The translations under genes and the position numbers were made by a program. Under the pieces are notes generated by a model. That model saw only the letters and a program-made list of their open reading frames with translations, was not told the DNA's origin and did not search any database. From assembly GCA_000320545.1 (NCBI GenBank), contig ADNK01003288.1, forward strand, positions 1-64,000: 64,000 bases of DNA. Direction: 5' to 3'. The stretch comes from Bigelowiella natans CCMP2755. Lineage: Eukaryota > Protista > Cercozoa. Shown here one piece after another: positions 55,142 through 64,000 of this stretch (its first letter is position 1; every line of letters starts with the position of its first letter).

Positions 55142-56168
55142 TGTACCTCCTCCCCCTTCTCCTTCTCCACTACTCGACTTGTGTTCCTGCTGTCCCTCAT
55201 TCTGATGAGTAACTTGAAAATTTGTTGGTTCTGACGTTGGAGGCTCCTCTTGTGCACGATTATCATCATCTTTGCTGTTGTTTATGCTGCTACTGCTACT
55301 AACTCCTCCTTGTGCTGTTGATGCTGAGGACGATGATGAGGATGATGCCGCTGCTGCAGAAGGCATTCCTCCTCCTCCTCCTCCTCCTCCTCCTCCAAAC
55401 ATTGACATCATGCTGCCAAGATCCGGGAGGTCTCCTGATGATGATATCATACACATACCATCCATCATTAGGCAAATTTCAATCAAAGTAGTACACAAAT
55501 GTAAAAACGCACAAAGGCACATCATTATCATCATCATCATCATTATTCAAAAGCAGTAACTTGTGAAAATAGTATTAATGTTAAAAAAAAAAGGAAAGAA
55601 GGAAAAAACCAATAATAATACCGTCTCCAGAGCCTAATGTTGCCATCATTTGTTGTATCTGAGTAGAAGTAGTGGCCAGAGAGAGAGAGCAGAGATCACA
55701 ATATGGAGATCTTATATTATCATCGTTACACTACGTTACACGAAAAAAAGGTCACAATTACTACTACTACTACTACTACTTCTACTACTATTACAACTAC
55801 AATCACTGCTGCTATTACCTGCGGGTTGTTGGCGAGAGATGCAAAATCAAATCCTGACGAAGAAGCTGATGGCATTCCTATGTGGTGATGAGAGTGGTGG
55901 TGGTGGTGGTGATGATGTTGTTGATGATGATAACTTTCTCTTTCACTATATATTTTCCTAGTCATCATAATACCGGGTATACCACCAGCACCAGCAGCAG
56001 CAGCACTCTTTTTATTGAGCTCCTCCTGTCGAGCCTGTGGTGGTGGTGATGACGATGACAATGATAATATTGATATTGCTTAATGATGACCTTTGCCAAG
56101 AGTTTTCTACAAGACGCTTGAGTTCCCTGGTATTACGACATATATAAAATTATACATCAACCATCATT

Positions 56169-56207
<39 letters not shown>

Positions 56208-57177
56208 CGGCTGCTTTGCCATCGTCAAAGCTTTCTCAAGGTTTTTGATCGCAGAATCGTATCTGATATATGTATATATTACGAAGTTGCAATAGAATAT
56301 TATCTATGATACAACAACAGCCACTACTACTACTACTACTTCTACTACTACTACTACTACTACTACTATCACTTGACCGCTTACTACCTCTCAAATGCCA
56401 TCTGAACTTGACCAAGTCTCATCCATGCTGAGGAGGAGGAGGAGGAGGGATGTTAGGTATTTGTTGTGGTGTTGGTGCTCCTGCTGCTGCTGCTACTGCC
56501 AACGAATGTGTCGCTCTCCCCTTCTATCATTATAAACCTCTTGCTGTTGTATATACCACCTAGATCATGCATGCAAACCTTCTGTTGTAGTCGCAATCTA
56601 TGCACTATCACCATCATCATCGATCTTATACATCCCAGCAAGGGGGTGGGGGGGGGGGAGAAGAGAGAGAGAGAAGAGAGACCTTTATCATATACTCGGT
56701 ATATTTGGATGGCTTTTTTACAGTCTTTCTCAGCTTCAAGATACCTATAGGAGCAAGAGGCAGTGGTATTATTATTATTATTATTAGTAGTAGTAATAGT
56801 AGCAGTATTAGGAGGGGAGGAGGAGGAGGAGGAGGAGGAGGAGGAGGAAAGTAAGGCCACACACAACAAAATGATGGTAGTAATAAATACTTCTAGTCAC
56901 AGATCTACTACATCAACATTCATACATGCAAAAGAGATAGATAGGGTATGTGTGTTGTTGTTGGGGTAAAGAAGTAAAGTAGCATTATCATGATCATCAT
57001 CATGGATCATCATCATCATCACTTTTGGAGCTTGTATTGAGCAACCGCCCTGTTGACAAAGTAAACAGGGTTCGTATCATCCAATTCGATAGCTTCTGTG
57101 TACTTCGCCACTGCTCCCTGATAATAGTAGGATGTATGGGCAATAGTAGGGGCACTAGTGAGTGAGTGTGTGTGTGC

Positions 57178-57223
<46 letters not shown>

Positions 57224-59335
57224 AATAAGAAAGATGATGATGATGATGATGATGATGAGGATGGAGTTATTGTACTACTTATTACTACTGATCATATTCA
57301 ACAACAACAACTATCATCACACTCTTAAAGGAAAGACTACTACTAGTAGTACTACCATAAAGTTTCCGGAAGTGATAATCTTATTGGCCTCTTTCTTGAT
57401 GGCCTCAGCTAGTAAGAAGTGTAAGCAAGTAAGTTAGTAGGAGATAAGGATGATAAAATCGAAGATACTACGATATGGAAGCAATTCCAATAGACGGATT
57501 ATGATCATCCGCAATCTCCATACCCCCCCTCCCCCCTCTATCCTGCAGCATTTCATATACGGTGTAAAAACTGAGCTGCCCTAATCAGTACACCCTTCAT
57601 TATCCCCCCCTCTCCTCCCCTCCCCCCCCCCCCAGCTCTGCACCACCACCACCACCACCTTTCGCTTTGTCTTGAGCAGTAATGAGTCGCTTCTTTCTCT
57701 TGGTGGTGGTTTCAGTGGTTGGAGCTCCTCCATCTTTGCTATCACTACCGCTTCCTTATAATGGATAGATGCAAGGGCAGCAGCATATGGATGAGCATGA
57801 TGCGCCACACAGAGAAGGACAGAAAGACAAACAGAGAAACAGAGGAGAAGAGAAGCATCTCTCTCAATGACGACGATCCCATGAGAATAACAATGCGTAC
57901 GACTGCTGCTGTGCCGATGATGGGTGGTGGGATTATAATCTCTATTGTAAACCGAAGAATTCATTCGACTATGATTGCTTCATTCGAAATATGATGATGA
58001 TAATGATGTTGTGTCCGTATCATCAACCGAGGGATAGGTAGGTAGGTAGGTAGGTAGGTAGAGGTAGGGTGTGTACTGTGTAACTATTAACAGTAATTCA
58101 GCAATCATCGTTTTTGAGGACAGGCACTTAAAAGTAAAATGTCCTCTGGAGTATCGTTGGTTTTAAATGCATGTATTGCATTAGATTTGACGCCTACTAC
58201 ATCGACTGTCCGTCGGTCCATTATGCTATTTATCCTGTAATAATACATAGTGTGCAACGTTGCCTAAGACTACCTGGCATTTCTCCTCCATTCGAATTAC
58301 TGCTGCTGCCCGTGGTATTATTATGCTGAATTGGGTTAGAAGAGGATCTTTCATAAATGGCAGTACCCTTCTACTACCCATTGCCATTGGCAGATAGTAG
58401 AGATTCATACACTAAATGATGCTGAATGCACATTACTTTCTTCAATTTTGCTTTGAATCCAGCAAGAACCTTTTCATATCTGGAAGAAGAGGAGATCGAG
58501 TAGCAGGGCCAACCATTATTTGAATATTGGAGCAGATGGATGATATGTTACTACAACTTTTTCTATTCTGTGTGTCCACACAATAGGAGTACATGCCCCT
58601 CCATCACCTTCTATTGTAAGCTTCCTTATTTTCTTCAGTGCCCTTGAAGTAGCCTTTCGCCTTGAGATTAGCTAAAAGCTTCTGAAAGCTGATTGAGAAG
58701 AAGGGTTATAAGTTTCGTGTTACTTAGATTGTAGGTTAGTATTATCCATTGAGGAAGTCTTCTGATTAACACAACAGTGGTAGTAGTAGTAGTTTTAGCT
58801 TTATACCCAGGATGGGATTCAAGCTGCTTTCTTTCCTCCTTCTGTTTTTTCTCGGAAATATCTGCATTGAGCTTAAGCGCAGCAACGCCAGCACTAAAGA
58901 TAGTGAACAGGGACGCTGGTTTCCTGATATTATTGTCATTAATAATATTGTTTTTATTGTTATTACTATCAAGATCGTTGGCAATATCTGCTCACAGCTT
59001 CAGTAAGTTCATAGAAATTCATTCACCCTGAAATAAGAACTAAGCTTTCTTCGTCGTCTTCAGAATTTGATATTCCCGTGGCCTCAGTCAAGCACTGAGA
59101 CGCAACCTAGCGTAGCAATTACATTGAAAGTAGTACAGGTAAGAGCGATCCCAGATAAGCATGCCTCCTCCCTCATCATAGTATTTTACAACACCTCGCA
59201 GCTCTCAGCCTGATCCTGCCCGATGTGAATTCCTAATTCCTCGAAGCTGAGGGTTGGAATCTTAGAGATATAGTCTAGAATGGCTCTGCAGAGTTGTTTG
59301 TGGTTTGTGGGATTATTGACGGAGGAGGCCTCCAT
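53601..59335 (-). CDS. SGTA: SGTA/Sgt2-like TPR co-chaperone: N-terminal dimerisation domain, TPR, STI1-like C-terminus; multi-exon
   Basis: N-terminal KQLCRAILDYI..AESCE|VASQCL. TPR AVAKYTEAIELDDTNPVYFVNRAVA..AEKDCKKAI..KAWMRLG. C-terminal DP/NP repeats LANNP, KDDPELQPI and MNNP. Confidence 0.8.
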
Positions 59336-59747
59336 TGCTTCTTTGTTGTCGAGTTGAACTCTGTAGATGTTGTTGTTGTTGTTGTTGTCAGGAGAGCACT
59401 ATTCATGATTGATGCCGACAAAATAAATCAATAAGTCAATGCATGTGAGAATAATTATTAAAAATGCGGGTCTCGATAATAGTCGATTTTTTCGCTCGGT
59501 ACGCACGACAGGCTTGCCTACGACTGTACAACTTCGAAGAAGCATGCGCCCATTCGAGCTCATAAATGCACTGCTGCGTGCTCTGCAGACTTGCATAAGG
59601 AGGGCCTTCTTGTCGTACGTAGTACTACCTGCTGCGCCGTAGTTGTTCTCCCCCCACCCCCCCATTCTATTCTTCGATCGACCACTCTCTCACTCACTCT
59701 CTCTCGGTAGAGGGCACGCGTAACAAACGATATCCATCTAGTCCACG

Positions 59748-61079
59748 ATGGGCTACGACGTTGAAGATTTTGTAGATGAGCCGTGCTCAGAGCTACTATG
59801 TGTGATTTGTATGAAAGTACTGGAGGATCCAAAGTGTTGCCAGGACGGACATACGTTCTGTCGTGTATGCATTCGGACGTGGCTTAAAGATAACCACACT
59901 TGTCCCGTCTCTCGCCGTCTGCTTAAAGTGTCAGGTCTCACGACTGTTCGCCCAATAGGTTCGATAGTGGATAACCTCAAGGTAAGATGTAGGAATAGAG
60001 CAACAGAAACCAGCGCTGTGGCGACAAGATCTTCGAAGAGACTTCGAACCGCTGCTGCAAGGAAATCTGGACAGTTGCAAGGGGAAGTGACATGCTGCAA
60101 TTGGATAGGGACACTCTCCGAGCGTAAGGCTCATCAAGAAAAGAACTGTAAGTATCACGATGTTCAATGTGGCACCTGCGCCGATATGGTCAATCGCAGC
60201 CAATTAGTGAGGCATAAGAGAAAGTGCAGGAGAGCTTGGAAGAAATGTCAATACTGCGACACAATAGTGTATTCAACCAAGCTGGTTGACCACTGGAAAA
60301 CAAAATGTCCTGAGGTTGCTATATCGTGCCCCAAAAAATGTGGAGAAGACACTATTCTTCGAAAGAATCTAAGCCAGCACCAGCTTAAATGTGAGATGGA
60401 AAAGGTGAAATGTCCCTTCCATGAATTCGGGTGTAAGACACAGATACTACGAGGTGAGATTGACGATCACCAGATTCAAGCAGCTGAATATCACAAAAGA
60501 TTATGCCGGGCTATGGCAAATGGTAAACACCAGCGTGATGGTCGTAGTAATAGGCATAGCGGTGCTTCTCCAAACATCCGCCCCATTTATCACTTCAGCC
60601 CGCTTGGACTTCGATTTCGATCGCCGTTACGCAATATTTCATCATCATCATCTTCTTCTTCTTCTTCTTCTTCTTCTTCTTCTTTTTCAATGGATTCAAG
60701 CATTTCTATGTCAAGTGCTCCTAGTAATTCTGCTGAGAGTGAAAATGAGGAGAACGACTCTAGCGACGTCTCCACCCATGTAACTTTTATGCTTTCTTCG
60801 TCCAGTGAAATCGAGGAATCCAGTGATGACGACGATGATGAGAATAACAACTACTATCCCCATGGCAGTAGCGACGATGACGATGGCAGTGACGATGGCA
60901 GCAACGACAACGACAGCTCCAGTGACACTCAAAATGATTCTAGCAGCACTTCTGCCTCAAGTGTTGCCAGTCACGATGTTTCTAGCGATCACTCCGATGT
61001 CTCCACTCAAGTGAGTGATGGGCTTTCATCCAGCGATGATGATGATGATGATGATGACAATTCTAGTGACGACCCCTAG
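59748..61079 (+). CDS. RING finger plus TRAF-type zinc finger protein, intronless, no MATH domain, Ser/Asp-rich tail
   Basis: CVICMKVLEDPKCCQDGHTFCRVCIRTWL..TCPVSR, IVDNLKVRCRN..CNWIG, repeated C-x2/3-C..H..C fingers and CPFHEFGC. Confidence 0.88.
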   Translation: MGYDVEDFVDEPCSELLCVICMKVLEDPKCCQDGHTFCRVCIRTWLKDNHTCPVSRRLLKVSGLTTVRPIGSIVDNLKVRCRNRATETSAVATRSSKRLRTAAARKSGQLQGEVTCCNWIGTLSERKAHQEKNCKYHDVQCGTCADMVNRSQLVRHKRKCRRAWKKCQYCDTIVYSTKLVDHWKTKCPEVAISCPKKCGEDTILRKNLSQHQLKCEMEKVKCPFHEFGCKTQILRGEIDDHQIQAAEYHKRLCRAMANGKHQRDGRSNRHSGASPNIRPIYHFSPLGLRFRSPLRNISSSSSSSSSSSSSSSFSMDSSISMSSAPSNSAESENEENDSSDVSTHVTFMLSSSSEIEESSDDDDDENNNYYPHGSSDDDDGSDDGSNDNDSSSDTQNDSSSTSASSVASHDVSSDHSDVSTQVSDGLSSSDDDDDDDDNSSDDP

Positions 61080-61749
61080 TCATCGAGTGATGAGATAGAT
61101 GGCGTTAGGGTCAGCGTGAGTAGTACCGATTGGTGATGATGCTGATGGTGACGGTGTTGGCGACGAACTGCGACGTGCCTTCACCTCAAGCGATGTGATG
61201 GTTGTAGCAGCGATGACCCGTTTCGGCCAGCTTGTGGAGTGCAGCTATCAAGATATGGACAGATTTGGACCAAAAAATGCATGTACAGTCAGAGAATGGG
61301 CAATGTCCGCCTTCGTCACATCGTTTGCATTCATCATTTCAATGGCTAATCCTCAAAGTTGGCTCGTTGCATTGAACCGGAGCCTTTATATGTAAACATA
61401 TGGGGGCTCTGGTCCGTAACGCCTTGAAAACATGTGACATGGAGCACATGTGCTTTAGAACATGTGTGCCATTATCATTAGTACATGTGCGTACATGAAC
61501 ATGTGTGCATCATGAACACATGGGGGCTCTGGTTTGAGAACTAAAGAAAGTCAATGTGAAAAATTGTGGGCCAAAGCGTGTCTGAGATGCATTGACATCA
61601 TTGATGACAAGATGTGTTCTGCCTTTGCTTCACACTACGCACCTCGAGCTAGCGAGGCCACCCTTGTTGCATCGCATGCAGCACACGGCACGCATCTTTG
61701 TGTTCGCCACAGCACGTCAGCTTTGCATTGCATGGTGATGTGCCTGGCC

Positions 61750-62340
61750 ATGGCAGGCTAGCAGGTTCCACGATCGATGCATCACTCGATCAAGATGTTG
61801 TTCCTACAAACCGACATCCAGTTCCAAAGTTCTCATTGAAGACGTGAAGGCAAGATCTGATTCATGGCGTTTGCGGGGAGAGGAGGAGTCATGCAGCCTT
61901 CTTGTTCTGCTCGATGTTCAGCCTGTGCTGCTGCACCTCGATGTGCTCTCAGTCAACGTGTTCCATGTGTCCATTCAGCATCAACAGCGCTTCCCATTCT
62001 TTCATGCGGCCCAGTCTTGCATTTTTTTGCTCCATTGAATGCGCGCAGCATCCACATGGCAGACAGTGGTCTTGAGTCCGCTTCCTCCCAGATCAAGCAT
62101 CTAGACAAGTCCTGAGCTCTGGAGCTCGCAAAACCACTCGAAAGAACTTGGGTGCTGCTGCTGAACGTGTGGCTTGTCGGCCTGACCTGGTCTCAGTGGT
62201 GACGCTCAGGCAAGTGTCATGGCTAGATGGGCCGTCTTCATGATTTCTTGAGCTGTGATGGGGCAAACGAAGTGTTGATGAGGCACGTTCTCATGCTCGC
62301 TCTTGTCATCCATTTTTCCAAGACACAAATTGATGTGTGT
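61750..62340 (-). pseudogene. TpA-depleted decayed gene remnant with a U-box-like start
   Basis: ENVPHQHFVCPITAQEIMK resembles the U-box start (P..F.CPI..E.M.DP). The frame then breaks down. Confidence 0.35.
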
Positions 62341-62603
62341 GTGTCCTGTTTTAATCGGACAAACTTCGTAATTATTATTATTATTTCCATTATTTCCATA
62401 CGAACAGAGCAACATCGGCCAGCATGAACAGCAAAAGTCATGACGTCGTCTTATGAGTACGATCATGCTGTGTGATCGATGATGAGAGGACATTGGTGGA
62501 GGGCAGGAAGAGGTGTAGCACTGGCAGAAGCAGTGGCAGCACACTTCTTCACCTTCGGTAGATGACAAACTAGCACTCAAAATCACATCAACAGAAGAAA
62601 AGG

Positions 62604-63921
62604 ATGCCCAAACGGAAACGTAGACAAGGGCGACGAGGGGGGGGGAAGACGTTCCTCAGGGCAGATTCGCATCTTGTAACAGTATTCAAAAGAGAGCTAG
62701 CAAGGTGTCGTCGACATAACTCCATGGTTCTATAATAATTGTGTTTGTCATTCATATCACATGATCATGGCGAACATCATCACAGGACACGAGAAGCCAG
62801 AGAACGAAGAGAGTGGCTCGGTGATGTGCTTCTCCAAGAGAGAGTTTTTTGGGCACTCTCCAAACGCCATTTTATGATGCAGCATTACTCGAAGGCTAGC
62901 CCTCCTCCTCCTTCTCCTCCTCCTCCTCCTCCTCACCATAATCATTTTCATCATCATCATTCAAAGAAATGGGGCACCGCAGCAGACGACGAATGTACAG
63001 CAGCAGCAACAACAACAGTAGACGGCATCATCGTGTCCAAACATCATCCAACGGCTTCCAAATTCCCAGCGGAAAAAGAAGCTCTGAGAGTATGCAAGAA
63101 AATCTGTGACACTGTGGTCTCAAACGCTAATCTGTCTTCTGTCGCGTCGAGAATTCTCCCCAAACGCCTCGGTGGCTCATCATCACTGAATGATGTACTG
63201 ATCGCAGCGTCGTCCAATCTTGAGAAAAGTAAGAAGAAAAGACCATATTTTCTGCCCCTCCTTGTGTTTGTGAACATAATAGCTTTTAAATCAAACTTAT
63301 TGCAGAAGCTCGAGGCATGAAGCGTAGGGCCGATATCACAGAGGTTATCAGTAGCAGTAGTAGTAGTAGAAGCATGTCTGTGAGTAACACGTCACGACAG
63401 CGTAAATTAATCCACCAGAATTGAAAGTAGTACTGCTACTATTACAATGCAAGCCGGATAATACATACGAATATCATCCAGTGTGTTGTCGGCTCGGTAA
63501 TTTTAGCTGCAGCAGCTGCTGCAGGGGAAGGGGGAGGGGGAGAAAGAGGAGGAAGAAATCCAGCAGGTAGAGTACAATAATAGTACCAACAACACGACGA
63601 GGAGGGAGGGATAAACACCGCCCTTCCTTCATCAACCTTTCTAATTCAATGATGAAGCCGAATAAATACCACGTCTGCTTTGCTTATGTTCGGTATAATC
63701 GGCATCTAGTAGGAGCAATTATTTCTGCAGTTGACGATGTCATCTCTCGCTTACTTAACTCAACTTCGGTATCATCATTAGTAGTAGCAGTAGTACTAAT
63801 AGTAGTAGTAGTAGTTGAAGGAGAAGAAAAAGAAGAAGCAGTAATACACACTCAATTTTAATTTTTACCTTAGAGTGTACCTCGTTGCAAAGCAAAGTTT
63901 GTATTTGCTAATGAGATATAA
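62604..63921 (+). CDS. Stand-alone RNase III domain protein with N-terminal NLS; exons about 62604-62704, 62786-63228, 63306-63343, 63482-63566, 63710-63768, 63874-63921; 3' end uncertain
   Basis: Phase-consistent GT-AG splicing gives MPKRKRR..ERREWLGDVLL..VVSNANLSSVASRIL..KRRADITE|CVVGSVIL. This matches the RNase III motifs ERLEFLGD, VSN..LA..A and K..AD..EA..GA..L. Confidence 0.72.
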
Positions 63922-63934
63922 TCAGAAGTATCCC

Positions 63935-63965
<31 letters not shown>

Positions 63966-64000
63966 GTCATCATCGTCCTTGTAGTAACAAGAGAATAGTT

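Noticed and set aside
63044-63277. Minus-strand gene at the right end
   Set aside because: The plus strand gives a phase-consistent spliced RNase III with conserved motifs; the minus ORF is its antisense shadow.

Overview
Left end of a chromosome from an intron-rich eukaryote. It is probably a protist; a rhizarian/chlorarachniophyte-like lineage is only a guess. The code is standard and the introns are packed with microsatellites. The window opens with (CCCTAA)n and carries about 14 genes, mostly alternating in strand: myosin(-), triple ADF-H/coactosin-like(+), FAN/NSMAF-like BEACH-WD40(-), ankyrin and zf-MYND(+), TVP38/TMEM64(-), FSH1 hydrolase(+), coiled-coil protein(-), PSTK(+), RAD51(-), MSH6(+), SGTA(-), RING-TRAF zinc finger(+), and a spliced stand-alone RNase III(+) that the ORF track does not assemble. 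The strongest unexplained signal is a position-specific loss of TpA. It is almost absent from the first 1.2 kb and from about 61.8-62.35 kb. Telomere repeats next to the terminal array appear as CCCCAA/CCTGA. All five spacers between convergent genes are rich in CTAG/CATG/TGCA. This suggests a TA->TG/CA, 'reverse-RIP'-like mutational system that acts on apparently untranscribed DNA and spares CTAG. Other highlights are a myosin with a CH domain, a long motor insert and a CaaX end, and an E2F-type site between head-to-head RAD51 and MSH6. All gene models were assembled by eye, so several ends are approximate.
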